A stretch of DNA of 64,000 bases, taken from Octopus vulgaris (taxonomy: Eukaryota). Positions 23,470 to 38,072 of the stretch are shown piece after piece. The stretch's first letter is position 1. Each line of letters begins with the position of its first letter. The stretch is taken from contig OX597833.1 of assembly GCA_951406725.2 (NCBI GenBank), positions 19,034,001 to 19,098,000 of the forward strand, read 5' to 3'. The notes below the pieces were generated by a model. That model did no database searches. It had not been told where the DNA came from and was given only the letters and a program-made list of their open reading frames with translations. The position numbers and the translations under genes are program-made.

Positions 23470-25871
23470 TAATAAAATAATGAAAACTCAATACAGGTCA
23501 ATAATGGAGTAAGAATTTTTTTTTAAAGTAAACGAATGATTTAATGCTTCGCTGACTTCCATCAGTCTCAGCTGAATGGATAATTTTCAAGTAAATCCGT
23601 AACAGCAAACAGCTAAGAGAAAATACCTTAAAAAATTGTCCTACATCCCACACTGACAAAACTAATGGGAATCAAACAGTCTTAAAACATAAATTTGTAA
23701 AGCTCTTACAGACAAACGTTATATAAATTCACTTAAGAAGAAAAAGCTAAAACCAGCTAACATAAAAAAAGGTTTTTACTTATTCTGTAATAGAGTTTCT
23801 AGTTTTCCCAATCCCCTATAAAGTACTGACTCAGCTGTTCTCTTTGTCTAATTTCTGCTCATGTCAACAACATTAACTGTTCCCAACAATTTAAAGTTGG
23901 TTCTTTAATATTGAAGTTAAATATTTTAAAAACTGGTATATGAAATGTAATTTAATTTACATGTTTCATAGAGACATATATATAAAAAAAAAAACCTGTA
24001 GTTATATAGTAGTTTTATATTATTAATTCCTTTCATACTATGTAATCTTTAAAAAATCATGCACAAATGTCTCTTTAAAAAAGAGAAAACCTAATTTCGA
24101 GCTTTAGGCAACTCTAAATTAGACAAATACAATAAAGAAAAAAAAAAAAAAAAAAAAAACGAAATCGTCAAACGTTTTTTAAATTGTTAAAATAAAAGAA
24201 GTGTCAATTTGAAATTTATCTATTGAAATAAATATAAATTGCTAATATGACAAACTTGAAGCTCAAAGCAAGTGGAACAATAATCAATGTTTGATAGGAC
24301 CTGTACTCTTAATTTCACATGAATTAGCTGGTCAATGTGTTGCGCCGTCTATCAATTAATTGGAGTATATAATATTCACATGCACAAAAGATAATAGTCT
24401 TTAAAAAAACCGATTAGTTAGACAATTAATGACACTTGAATAATAAAGCTATATAATTCATAGCGAAGCGAGGTTGTGTGTGACGATTCAGTTATTTCCA
24501 ACTTTGCTCTAAGACAAAAATTATATAGCAGAATATACCTACTTATAAATTGAATTAGTATTAAAGATCGAGATATGAGGCTATTGATTGATTGATATAG
24601 CCATATTGTAACTAGCAACTAGGTATGACTTAATGAAAACAGATTATCGTGATGAACTGCGCCTAATGAACAATCTGATCGATTGTTTATGACAATAAAA
24701 AAAGGCAATTAATACAAACAACGATGAAGGGATTCGAGAAAAAATAATCCCATGTATTTAATAGAAAAAATAAATTGAAAATCGAGAAAAATTGACATTA
24801 AAGTTTCTATGCAAATCATATGTTGTGTTTATATTAGGACTTAATAATTTCTTAGAATATTATTAAGGTTTTTGGGTTCGAAGTTATTATATCGATTTAT
24901 ATTATAAACTGTACTGTCTATAAAGTTGGTAGATGGTATACTACTTTAAAATGTACATAAAAATGTCATAATTATGAAAATTAGAAAGAAAGGAAGTAGA
25001 AATTTATACAAAATCAAATGAAATAACGAATTTAAAAATAACAATAAAAAAACAGGCTGGCAAGAGATAATAAAACTATATTATTCTGGTGTTGCCTGAG
25101 AGAGAAGCTTTAACGAGCAGGATCCAGGAAGAGTGTAGCACAAATCGAAATTTCCTCCAAAACTATAGTAAACAAACTGTAAAATCGTCATCCACATCGC
25201 CTCACTCTTACTAAATAGAAGACACACGGCACATATTTATATTATAAAGAGAATTTATAGCAAAGAGACAGAGTGTGGTTTGAATTTATAAAGAGAAACC
25301 ACAGTATCAAATGACTTGTGAACAGTGGTAGTCGACTAAAATAAAGTTTATGCTGGTACAATATTAATTTAGGGATGTAATGATGTTCTACAAATTTAAC
25401 TTTGACAATTATTTTTAATGGGGAAGAAAAGAAACCTCTAAAATTATGCAATGTTTGAAAGTAGGTGATTATAAGAATGGCTTTAAAATTATCTGAAATA
25501 TTTTTAAAATTATTTAAAAAATATGTGATGAGCAGGTGTGAAAGTTTATCTTTAACATTGGGAAGTAAAGACATCATCGGTTTCTGAAAAAAACATTCAG
25601 AAAACACTTGAAGATAAATAAATTTAGTAAAAAGAACCAGAGACGGCGACAAGCATGTAATGTGAATAAGGGAAGAGGTTTTAGGTGGGTGAGCATGTAC
25701 ACACAGTATATAAACAGATGTTTTAGAGAAAAGAAAGAAAATATTGCTCTTACCCGAAAAGATGCTATAATAAACTTATCCTCAACAAAGTTCCAGTGAG
25801 AAAGGTTATTTTGTCTTTGAGATTATTATACTTGATAACAGTGTTAATTTTAAAAAGAAGGTAAACGATAC

Positions 25872-26340
25872 AGTTGAAATATTCGCTGACGCTGTTGTCA
25901 TCTTGTCCCAGGGCTAAAAGACGATTCTCCAGGCTGGAAGCATTAGCACTCCTATCAGATGTGACACTCAGATCTTCAGTACAGATGTCCGAATCGATAT
26001 TAAGAATTTGGTAAGAAACACTCATAGCAAAGATTATACATGTGACGGGCTGATAAAGAAGGAAATAACAGAAACGGTCAGCGCTTGTAAAACCAATAAC
26101 AGCTTCTCCCGCCTCCTGATTTTGTTGATGTCGCAGGTGTTGGTATTTCTCATTGGACTGCGTATACACAGACATCACGGTTTAGTTAAAAGGGGCGAGA
26201 TGGTGCTTAGCACTGCAGTAAATGCTCGATCGCTACAGTGTGGCGACAATTTGCCGAGTAGGGAGAGCAGTAGAGCTTTGTAATGACAACGGAGATGGAT
26301 GGTGACGCCATCTTGACTATTTTGATGTTATTCAATATTC
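25872..26340 (-). other. Putative first exon / 5' region of an unidentified minus-strand gene
   Basis: CpG-retaining segment inside a ~3.6 kb SINE-free island. AAGATGGCG (YY1-like, start-proximal motif) at 26314-26306. Short ORF 26311-26207, then an ORF through MSVSYQILNIDSD...DDNSVSEYFN ending at a possible GT donor (25871). No protein recognised. Confidence 0.4.
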
Positions 26341-27738
26341 CTCCGCCTCACCACAGCCTCGTTTTCAGCTGGTGCTTTTCATTAATCTGTCCCTGTCCAT
26401 ACGAAACATCTTCCCCCACTGACGCACTCGCTCCAAATTATATTATATATACTTTACTTTTAAACGTCTACACCCATAGTAAATCCGTGAATCTTATAAA
26501 AGAAAAACCAGACCATTTTTTTTTTAAAAGAAAAATCCAGCCGCAACATTAATTACCCACTTTATAAACGTTGTCACTTCACTTTTCCATCAGTGACCTG
26601 AAAAATTATTAAATTTCGCTTAACTCAGCACTACTGTTTTTCAAATGTGTTTTAATGTATATTTAATCACGCACCGACCCATTCGTAATTTATATTTTAC
26701 TAGGACATTAAAAAAAAGCACACATACAAGACCGTGATGTTTTATTAATTTATTTTAATTTATTTTTTTATAAAATAAGTTTTCTAAATTAAGTCAGTTT
26801 CTCTTCTTGCCAAAACTGCTACATTTTTTCCAAGACTGGATGTTTTACTATTATGTCCCTTTGGTAATTCAGAAAAAAATCATCCGTGATGGAATAATAT
26901 CGTAAGAAATGCTAAATATTCATTATTATTTTTATCTCCAAGCCATACTTTAAACTTCTTTTGTTACAAACCATTAGTCGTGCCCGAAACTTTTTACGCC
27001 AGGTGTAAAACAGCAGTTCGGAAACTTGTTAAACTTACAGGTGTCATGAGTACATTCCCTGATTTATATATAAATTTTCAAATAGATGAAATGAAATTTT
27101 GACTCCTAAATTTTTCCCTGAATTTAGAAGTTTCAAACTTTGTTAATATTCCTGCAATTACTGTTCTTTATGCTCCGAGTTCGAACCCCGCCGATGTCAA
27201 CTCTGGTTTAATTGCCTACACCCTCACTTCAAATTTAAGACCTTGTGCTGTTGTCAAAAATCAATATTTCTATAATTGAATGGTTACCGGACAGAGAATA
27301 GAACAGAGTTTATATCCACGCAATTTTTTTATACATTCGTTGTAAAAAGCTTGCTTACCAACAACTTGGTCACGAGTTCAGTTCCACTGCGTGGCACCTT
27401 GGGCGAGTGTCTCCTATTATAGCCCCTGGGCAACCCAAGGACTTGTGAGTGGGTTTGGTGAACGAAAGATCAAAGAAATCCGTCGCGCACGCGTATGTGT
27501 GTGTTATTTATTTATTTTTTTGTGAGTTTACGCTTTTGAGAGAGTTCAAGCTGGTTGCTTAACAAAGCAACAAAGACCTTTGGAGTTAAGAGAGTTCCCA
27601 GTGTTTGTAAATATATGGTTGAGTTGGTTGAACTATTGATGCATACAGCCAATTGCGAGCATCTATTCACATAGAAAATCTCGGAGTATTTCTGGAATGT
27701 CTTACAAATCTTCACTGTGCCACTAAAATGTTGGATTT

Positions 27739-28137
27739 GGCGAGCTGGCAGAAACGTTAGCAGGCCGGGCGAAATGCTAAGCGGTATTTCGTCTGCCGTT
27801 ACGTTCTCAGTTCAAATTCCGCCGAGGTCGACTTTGTCTTTCATCTGTTCAGGGTCGATTAAATAAGTACCAGTTACGCACTGGGGTCGATATAATCGAC
27901 TTAATTCCGTTTGTCTGTCCTTGTTTGTCCTCTCTGTGTTTAGCCCCTTGTGGCTAGTAAAGAAATAGGTATTTCGTCTGTTTTTATGTTCTGAGTTCAA
28001 ATTCCGCCGAGGTCGACTTTACCTTTCATCCTTTCGGGGGTCGATAAATTAAGTACCAGTTGCGTACTGGGATCGATCTAATCGACTGGCCCCCCTCTCC
28101 AAAAATTTCGGGCTTTGTGCCTAGAGTAGAAAAGAAT
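27739..28137 (+). mobile_element. tRNA-derived SINE family B with Meta-like central domain (representative dimeric copy)
   Basis: Head ggcgagctggcagaaacgttagc, B-box gagttcaaattcc and ctttcatcctttcggggtcgat...aagtaccag. Flanked by the direct repeat atgttggatttggcga (27728, 28138). Other copies at 13651-14250- (3 units), the 29550-31150 cluster, 36113-36347, the 41950-43020 cluster and 60731-61120-. Confidence 0.88.
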
Positions 28138-28210
28138 ATGTTGGATTTGGCGAATCTAACATATTATTTCTAGGTTTTTGTGCAAATTTATTGGTTCATA
28201 AAATAATGCA

Positions 28211-28257
<47 letters not shown>

Positions 28258-31200
28258 CACTGTGATCACCGTGACCTACCATGCTATCAGATGTTGTTAC
28301 ACATCGCTGGTCACAATGTGGTGGTAGTTCACTCTAGGGAGAATATAGAGACCCCTATGTCTTTCAAGTAAATGCATATTTTATTGGGTCATTTTCTGGT
28401 TTGATGAACGAAATCCAGTGTGAATGTCATGGTGGATGAACGAACAAAACTTTAAAGTGTTACAAAAAAAAAAATAAAGAATAGAAAAAAAAAATTATTG
28501 GATTTAGTTTTATCTCAAATTCAAAACCAATTTGGATTGCAGTTTTCTTTTATGTATGAGACCAATAAATTAATTACATTCATTCCACTGCTTTATTGAC
28601 TCTTCCTTCTATAAAATCTTGTTTGCTTTTAAACCAATATTTGAAATTTGAGGCAGTCTCATTCAGTCCCCAGAAAACATTGCTAAACATAGCCACAGGC
28701 ATAGCTGTATTGGTAAGAAGCTCCCTTTGCAACCATGGAGTTTCAGATAATCATTATTATTATTATTATTTTTATTATTATTATTGAGTGAAAGAGCAGT
28801 GCATGCCATCAAAGTGACACTATAGTAAAATATAAGAAGCCCAGTATACCCATCATAACTACCTGTCTGATAAGGGTACACCAGGCACATGCATCACAAC
28901 CATATGTGCGCGACATGGTGATCTCATATCAAGATAAACAGCGCATGACCTTGCAGGTGGGGCCCAGTTAGAATTTTCTTCTGGTCGAGTAACCCATCCT
29001 GCTCAAAAGGGCTCTAAATAAGGGTTACTTAAGAATGTTGAACAAAATACCCATGTTTCCAAAGGTGAATTATCCAAACCCAAAGAATTCCCCTCAACAC
29101 ATGGCTATGATGCTCCCCCACTATTTCTGCTCGTGATCAGAGATGCACATATAGTCAGCCACTAAGGGACATGGTCAACTGGTTAAGGTCAAACAACTGA
29201 CAAGCAAATCTGTGGTATTGAGTAGAATATTTGCTGTAGCCCATCTTTTATACCAAGACAAAACAATGTACATGATAACACAATCAGTTAAGATCAGAAG
29301 CCACTGCCACGACTATACTCTTTTTACTCTTTTACTTTTACAATGTTGGGGGGACAAACACAGACACACAAACATATACACACACATACATATATATATA
29401 TATATATGACGGGCTTCTTTCAGTTTCTGTCTACCAAATCCACTCACAAGGCTTTGGTCGGCCTAAGGTGCCATGCAGTGGGACTGAACCCTGAACCATG
29501 TGGTTGGTAAGCAAGCTACTTACCACACAGCCACTCCTATGCTTATCTTTACATTCTGAGTTCAAATTCTGCTGAGGTCGTCTTTGCCTTTCATCCCTTC
29601 AGAATTAGTAAAATAAGTACCAGTTGAGTATTGGGATTGATGTAATCGACTTACCACTACCTCTGAAATTACTGGCCTTGTGCCAAAATTTCAAACTGTT
29701 ATGGCAGTGAGCTGGCAGAATCATTAGCATGCTAGACAAAATGCTTAACAGCATTTCATTTGTCCTTACATTCTGAGTTCAAATTCCGCTGAGGTCGACT
29801 TTGCTTTTCATCCTTTCGGGGTCAATTAAATAAGTACCAGTTAAGCACTGGGGTCGATATAATCGACTTAATCCGTTTGTCTGTCCCCTCTGTGTTTAGC
29901 CCCTTGTGGGTAGTAAAGAAATAGGTATTTTGTCAGTCTTTACGTTCTGAGTTCAAATTCCACTGACGTCGACTTTGCTTTTCATCCTTTCAGGGTCAAT
30001 GAAATAAGCAGTAGTGAAACCCTGGGGTCAATGTAATCAGTTACTCCCCTTCCCCAAATTTCAGGCCTTGTGCCTATAGTAGAAAGAATTATTATTCTTT
30101 TCTACTCTAGGCACAAGGCCTGAAACTTTGGGGGAAGGGGCCAGTTGATTAGATTGAACCCAGTACGTAACTGGTACTTAATTTATTGACCCTGAAAGGA
30201 GGAAAGCCAAAGTCGACCTCGAAGGAATTTGAACTCAGAATGTAAAGACTGACAAAATACCTATTTCTTGACTACCCACAAGGGGCTAAACACAGAGAGG
30301 ACAGACAAACAGACTAAGTTGATTATATCGACCACAGTGTGTAACTGGTACTTATTTGATCGAACCCCGAAAGGATGAAAGGCAAAGTCGACCTCGGCGG
30401 AATTTGAACTCAGAATATAGCGGCAGACGAAATACTGCTAAGCATTTTGCCCGGCCTGCTAACGTTTCTGCCAGCTCACCGCCTTAGAAAGAATTGTTAT
30501 TATTATCATTATTATTAAGGTGGTGAGCTGGCAGAATCGTTACCATGCCAGGGAAAGTGCTTGGCGACATTTTGTCCATCCTTACATTGTGAGTTTAAAT
30601 TCCACCAAGGTCAACTTTGCTTTTCATCCTATTGATTAAGTGCCAGTGAGACACTAAGGTTAACCCTTTCGTTACCAACCTGGCTGAAACTGGCTCTGGC
30701 TCTGTAGTACAAATGTCTTGCTTTCAAAAGTTTTGAATGAAAATCTTCCACCAAACCTTAGTCACAATTTTGGTTCCTAACACTAACTGAATGATAACTA
30801 AGTTGTTTTACTAAATTCTTTGTTATATTTAAAGTAAATGAAAGAAACGCAGAGCATCTCCAAATAAATACAGTAACGAAAGGGTTAATGTAATGGTCTA
30901 CTCCCTTCCCCCCCAAATTCAAGTCTTGTGCCTATTGTTGAAAGAATTATTATCATTAATATTAAGGCGGCAAGCTGGCAGAATTGTTAGCATGCTGGAT
31001 AAAATGCTTAGCAGCATTTCGTCTGTCCTTATGTTCTGAGTTCAAATTCCACTGAAGTCAACTTCGCCCTTCATCCTTTTGAGGTCAATAAAATAAGAAC
31101 CAGTTGCGTACTGGAATCAATGTAATTGGCCTTGTGCCAAGATTTGAAACCATTATTAATGGAAACATCATTAGAAGACATTTTCTTACATAAAAAACAA

Positions 31201-31839
31201 ACTATATTTGGCTGCAATTTGAACCTGCATCCTGCTTAAATTAAAATCATCTCTTATGTCACAGTCGTTAACAGTTCTACATTAATCAATTCATCTGTTA
31301 AAATTTGACACTTTGCAACTGACACTGAAAGAAGAAGGAATTTAAAAGTGCAAGCAATGTTGTTTGCATGAGATTGGCAGAGAGATAAAAAAAAAGAGAA
31401 GGAAATGGAGAAATGGGGAAAGTAAGAGAGAGAAAGAGGGAGTGAGTGAGAGGAGAGAAACTTAAGTGGGTGATAGAAAGGGCTAGAAGGAAGGGGAAAA
31501 AATGACTGGTAATAGCTTTCAAACAGGAGCAAAACGAGAGGCAGAAATAGTAAGATGCAGAGATGGGGGATCGTAGTGATGGTGAAGAAATATACAAAAA
31601 AAAGGGTGAGGAGGGAAAGATGGACATACACTAACTTATATATATATGTATATATCTTATCTGTTTCAGTCATTAGATTGTGGCTATGCTGGGGCACCAC
31701 CTTGAGATTTTTTTGTTGAACATATCAACCACAGTACTTATTTTTTTTCATTTTTTTTCTTGTAAAGTCTGGTACTTATTCTATTGGTCTGTCTTGCTGA
31801 GCTGCTAAGTTTTGGGGGCATAAACACACCATCAACATG

Positions 31840-31900
<61 letters not shown>

Positions 31901-32122
31901 ATATATATGTGTGTGTATATATATATATATGTATAGGTATATGTATATATATATGTATATATATATCATCATCATCATCATCATCATCGTTTAGCGTCCG
32001 TTTTCCATGCTAGCATGGGTTGGACGGTTCTACTGGGGTCTGTAAAGCCAGAAGGCTTCATCAGGCCCAGTCAAATCTGGCAGTGTTTCTACGGCTGGAT
32101 GCCCTTCCTAACGCCAACCACT

Positions 32123-32194
<72 letters not shown>

Positions 32195-32196
<2 letters not shown>

Positions 32197-32491
32197 AGGC
32201 GCAATGGCCCAGTGGTTAGGGCAGCGGACTCGCGGTCGGAGGATCGCGGTTTCGATTCCCAGACCGGGCGTTGTGAGTGTTTATTGAGCGAAAACACCTA
32301 AAAGCTCCACGACGCTCCGGCAGGGGGTGGTGATCCCTGCTGTACTCTTTCACCACCCTTTCTCCCACTCTTTCTTCTGTTGGCCTGCTCGCTTAGCCAG
32401 CGGGGTGGCGTCATTCGAAGGCTAAAACAATGCAAATGCATTGTGACCAGCGATGTGTAACTACATCTGATGGACTGGTCGGTCATGTGAT
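32195..32491 (+). mobile_element. Young CpG-rich tRNA-derived SINE family D, inserted between (TG)n and (TA)n
   Basis: tggcccagtggttagg A-box and ggtttcgattccc B-box. A related body lies at 39765-40065 and a related tail at 28258-28318 (minus). Confidence 0.8.
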
Positions 32492-32860
32492 ATATATATA
32501 TATATATATAAATCCGTTCTGTGTGTGTGTGTCTTCTAGGATCTCGGGTATCCTCCATCCAATTGTGCTCAAATTTCATATGTAGATACTGATGGTATCA
32601 GGGCATGTATAAGTCTTGAAAAAATTACAAAAATCGATTCCAGATGAGAATGCGATCAATAAAGTGAATAAAATCGTTTTTCTTTGGAATAAAAAAAGAG
32701 TCTATCTTTATTTCATCTTTTGCTGGTGTCTCAAATTTAGGTAAAATCAGTGTTTCTCAAAGGGGAGGCCTATGGGATGGTCAGACAAGTTGTTTTGAGA
32801 AAATTTGGTTTAAATGTTTTACAACTCAGCATGACCATTGGACTGGGGGCGTTTTGCTCG

Positions 32861-32910
<50 letters not shown>

Positions 32911-33172
32911 AATAAGAAAATGGAGAAACAATTTAGTTTTCTTCATTTTCTTATTTGTATTATAAATTAACGGTAAAATATTTCTTCACCTTCACCAGTT
33001 TAATACAATAAATAAGTTAATTGCATTGCAATTAAAAACATTTATTTATTAAGAATTTGGGTACTTTACCAACAGTATATTGGATAAATACTATCCCTTA
33101 GTGGGTTGGATCCATAACCCCTAACTTACTTTGTGTTATATATATATATTTATATTTATGTATGTATAAATA

Positions 33173-33224
<52 letters not shown>

Positions 33225-33797
33225 GTATATATGTATGTTTATGTATTTATTTCTCAAGATTCCTGGTGTGAAATTGTGTGTTGGAACATATATTGTTATA
33301 TTTTGGGATGGTCATTTTTTTTCTTTGCCAAATAAACACACGCACTATATATTCGTTCTTCACTTGAGATTTTTTATTGTTCCTATTTTATGCCCATTGT
33401 CTGGAAATCTTCCAATATTACACACCCTGTGACCTCTTCAGTGACTCTCCATCCCATATGTTTCTTCCTGTTCTATTTAGTCCATTCTGTCTTTCTGTGG
33501 TGTGTATCCTTTTCTGTGCATGTATTTGCGTCTCTATCTGTGTGTATGTATTTGTGTGTGCATGCTCGTGTGTGTGTGAATGCATTTGTATGTGTGTGTA
33601 TATGGGTTTGCTTACTATATTGTTTGTATCCGTGTCCTTTATTTATTTATTTATTTATTTACTTGTTTATTTCTATTTTTTTCCTTCCTAGACAAAAAAG
33701 ACGTCATCAAATTTTGTTTGTTCATAACTGGTTAAAACAAGGGGGAAAAAAGGAAATAGGAAAAAGAAGAGAACACTGAATTAAAAAGTTTCCTATA

Positions 33798-34198
33798 GGT
33801 GCAGGAGTGGCTATGTGGTAAGTAGCTTGCTTACGAACCACATGGTTCTGGGTTCAGTCCCGCTGCATGGCACCTTGGGCAAGTGTCTTCAACTATAGCC
33901 TCGGGCCAACTAAAGCCTTGTGAGTGGATTTGGTAGACAGAAACTGAAAGAAGCCCATCGTATATATGTTTGTGTGTGTGTATATGTTTGTGTGTCTGTG
34001 TTTGTCCCCGCAACATCGCTTGACAACCGATGGTGGTGTGTTTGCATCCCCGTAACTTAGCGGTTCGGCAAAAGAGACCGATAGAATAAGTACTAGGCTT
34101 ACAAAGAATAAGTCCTGGGGTCGATTTGTTCGACTAAAGGCAGTGCTCCAGCATGGCCACAGTCAAATGACTGAAACAAGTAAAAGAGAGTAAAAGAA
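33798..34198 (+). mobile_element. Abundant tRNA-derived SINE family A (representative copy)
   Basis: A-box tggctatgtgg, B-box ggttcagtccc, CORE-like ggcaccttgggcaagtgtctt, internal (TG)n and a gaaacaagtaaaaga tail. More than 15 copies, e.g. 5941-6257+, 35687-36093+, 51500-51870-, 54095-54486-, 55979-56350+, 58634-59045+, 62095-62486-, 63630-64000+. Confidence 0.9.
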
Positions 34199-35329
34199 AG
34201 TATAAATCTGATGGAATTCTCCCATCCTCTTGTTCATTCTTCCAGAGTGTGTTTGCTTGTAGCCCAGAAATATATTTATCTTCATGTATTTTAATGACTG
34301 TAAATTGAGTAGAATCAAAATATTTTCTGTCTGTTCTAAGCATTGATAATACCTCAGCATCTATGTTATTAACTGAGCCTCTTTGTTTTAATTGAGCTTG
34401 TTGGCAGAGTGCTGGGGAGGTTTTCTCTCTTTTGAGCTCCTGCCAGTGTTCACCTATCCACTCCCCTATACTCCATACCATCTCCCCAATCATCATCATC
34501 ATCATCATAGTTTAACGTCCATTTTCCATGGGTTGGGCGTTTCAACCGGGCTCTGGGAAGACAGGAAACTGCACCAGGCTCCAGTCTGATCTGGCAGTGT
34601 TTCTACAGCTGGATGCCCTTCCTAACACCAACCACTCCATGAGTGTAGTGGGTGCTTTTACGTGCCAGGGGAGGCTGGCAACAGCCATGATCAGTTGGTG
34701 GTTTTTACGAGCCACCGACACGGAAGCCAGTCAAGGCAGCGCTGGCATCGGCCACATACGGATGGTCCTTTTTACGTGCCGCCAGCACAGGTGCCAGGGT
34801 AGGCTGGCAATGGCCACGATCGGTTGGTGCTTTTTATGTGCCACCAGTATGGAAACCAGTCAAGGTGGCGCTGGCATCGGCCACATACGGATGGTGCATG
34901 GTACATGCCACCGGCACAGGTATCGCAACTACAATTTCCATTTGATTTTTTGATGCTGATGTACTTGACTCAATAGGTCTCCTCAAGCACAGCAGGTCGC
35001 CCTACGATCCAAGGTAAGTACAGCAGGCCGTCCTGTGATCACAGGCACTTTGGAAGGGCTGGGGCTTCTGTGTGAAGCTGGTGCAGGAAACAGCCATGAA
35101 CTCACATTATTTGTCGTTGTAAGTTGTTTTCTTGTTTCTGCACTGTCCCTCAGTACACTGCTTGCTATAAACTATCAATACTTTCCTAATCTTACAGTTA
35201 ACCTGTGGGTTCATCTTACATACTACACAGTTGTTCCCGATACATGGTGGGGGGAGCTTTTGATTGATAGTCTAGCCCTGGGGGAAAAATTATCAATGCT
35301 CAATACCACATTTCCGAGGGTGATGCTCA

Positions 35330-35660
35330 TAGTAGGTCTTTCAGATAGCTCTGTCTTTCAGGGACGTTCTTCCACATTTGAAAGCACTTGAGCCACTCAA
35401 AACATGGCATATGAGCCATTGCCTTGTTGCCATAAGATTGCAAAAGCATGCTCAATGTATCTATAGCAGACATCCCAAATTTAGCACAAAATTTCACGTT
35501 GGCTCTTTGCTTCCACCCATGACAACATCGCAGACTGCAGCATACATGTGATCTCAAAGAACCCAAATTTCACAACTTGTGAAGTAAACACAGTGATGTC
35601 ACTTGACACACTGCCTCTCTCCCTGCACATGCAACCATGTGCTGCCATCTGTTGGTGCGC
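35330..35660 (-). mobile_element. mariner 5' fragment (N-terminal HTH)
   Basis: Translation KQRANVKFCAKFGMSAIDTLSMLLQSYGNKAMAHMPCFEWLKCFQ followed by a degenerate GRTSL..GRP motif. Confidence 0.7.
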
Positions 35661-37778
35661 TACAAGTTTATTAAACTTGAACAATAGGCGCAGGAGTGGC
35701 TGTGTGGTAAGTAGCTTGCTTACCAACCACATGGTTCCAGGTTCAGTTCCACTGCATGACAACTTGGGCAAGTGTCTTCTACTATAGCCTCGAGCCCTCC
35801 AAAGCCTTGTGAGTGGATTTAGTAGACAGAAACTGAAAGAAGCCCGTCGTATGTGTATATGTGTGTGTATGTGTATGTCTATGTTTGTGTGTCTGTGTTT
35901 GTTCCCCCAACATCACTTGACAACCGATGCTAGTGTGTTTACCTCCCCATCACTTAGCGGTTCGGCAAGAGAGACCTGTAGAATATGTACTAGGCTTACA
36001 ATGAATAAATTCTGGGGTCGAATTGCTTGACTAAAAGGCGGTGCTCCAGCATGGCCGTAGTCAAATGACTGAAACAAGTAAAAGAATGAAAGAATATTTT
36101 TCAAACAAATAAAAGGCAGCAAGCTAGCAGAAACATTAGCACACTGGGCAAAATGCTTAACAGTATTTCCTCTGTCTTCACGCTCTGAGTTCAAATTCCT
36201 CTAAGGTTGACTTAGCCTTTCATCCTTTCGAGGTCGATAAATTAAGTACCAGTTAGGTACTGGGGTCGATGTAATTGACTTAATCTGTTTGTCTATCCTT
36301 ATATGTCCCCTGTATGATTAGCCCCTTGTGGACAATAAAGAAATAAGAACTAGTTGGGGAACTTTTGATACCACCCTGTATAATCGCCTTCCTGTAACTT
36401 AAGGGTATGCTCTGACACCCTTTCACCACCATCTTCTCTTCCTTCCAACTGGGGGTAGCTTTGTGTCTCCTCTGCTGCAAGACACCAGTTTTTGCTCTTC
36501 TACCATAATTTAATCTCTCATCACCCAGCATAAAGCCCCCACCCACCACCCTCAATACTACCCTCTCCACTCAGTTGAAGGGATCTTGTCTTGCTAGTTA
36601 CTTGGTGACCTCACTAGTGCCAGTGTCTCTTAAAAAAAGCAACCAGTAAACACTGTAAAGTGGTTGGCGCTACGAAGGGTATTTAGCTGAAGAATCCATG
36701 TGAAAGCGGACATCGGAGCTCGTTGCAGTGCTCTGGATTGTTGAATCAGCCAAATCATGCTGGCATGGAACACAAACTTTAGCCCTTTCGTTATTGTATT
36801 TATTTTGAGATGCTCTGTGTTTCTTTCAATTACTTTAAATATAACAAAGAATTTAGTAAAATAACTTAGTTATCATCCAGCTAGTATTAGGAATATAAAT
36901 TGTGACTAAGGTTTGGTGGAAGATTTTAATTCAAAACTTATGAAAACAAGACATTTGTACTACAGAACCAGAGCCGGTTTCAGCTGGGTTGGTAATGAAA
37001 GGGTTAAACCAGTCATATCCAACCATATTCTATCAGTTTTATGTTCAAACTGGCCAGATCTCACCCCTCACACATACACCCTACATTGTCATTCTAAAAA
37101 TAAACAAAATGCTCTGTGTTTCTTTCAATTATTTTAAATATAACAAAGAATTTAGTAAAATAACTTAGTTATCATTAAGCTAGTGTTAGGAACATAAATT
37201 GTGACTAGGGTTTGGTGGAAGATTTTAATTCAAAACTTATGAAAACAAGACATTTGTACTACAGAATCAGAAGTGGTTTTAGCCAGGTTGGTAACAAAAT
37301 GGTTAAATGATAATAGCAATGATTATGATGAGGAGGAGGAGGGGGAGAGGGAGGAGGATGGTGGTGGTGGTCACAACAACGATAATGACAGTGATGTTGC
37401 AACAGCTTGACTCAGATGAACTCCATTTAGAAATCGTAGCAGAAATGTTATGATTTATACAGAATGTGGGACATGTAATGATTTCAATTGAGTGTATGCA
37501 GCAGAATTGCACCAAACACAAGTTGATTTACTCTCTTTACTCTTTTGCTTGTTTCAGTCATTTGACTGCGGCCATGCTGGAGCACCGCCTTTTAGTCGAG
37601 CAAATCGACCCCAGAACTTATTCGTTGCACGCCTAGTACTTATTCTATTGGTCTCTTTTGCCAAACCACTGAGTTACGGGGACGTAAACACACCAGCATT
37701 GGTTGTCAAATGATGTTGGGTGGGGACAAACATAGACACACGACCATATACACTCACACACACACACACACATATATA

Positions 37779-37856
<78 letters not shown>

Positions 37857-38072
37857 AATAGATGTGTGTATTTTTCCCTTGTTAGCGGTTAACATGGAAA
37901 AAATAGATAAATAGTTATCAGGGTAACAAAACATCACACAAGTAAAGAGGTTGTAACTCGTTTTATTTCTATTGTGCAACCAGCCAGAATAATATCAGTT
38001 ATATCTTTGAAACATGTGTCGGAAGTAAAAGTATGTGAATTATACCTGCGTTAAACTCCATTTATATATATA

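Noticed and set aside
32195-32270. Possible tRNA-Arg gene
   Set aside because: A and B boxes are present, but there is no acceptor-stem pairing or T-run terminator, and it continues into a repeat body. It is a SINE head; the same applies to 2064-2130 and 53238-53310.
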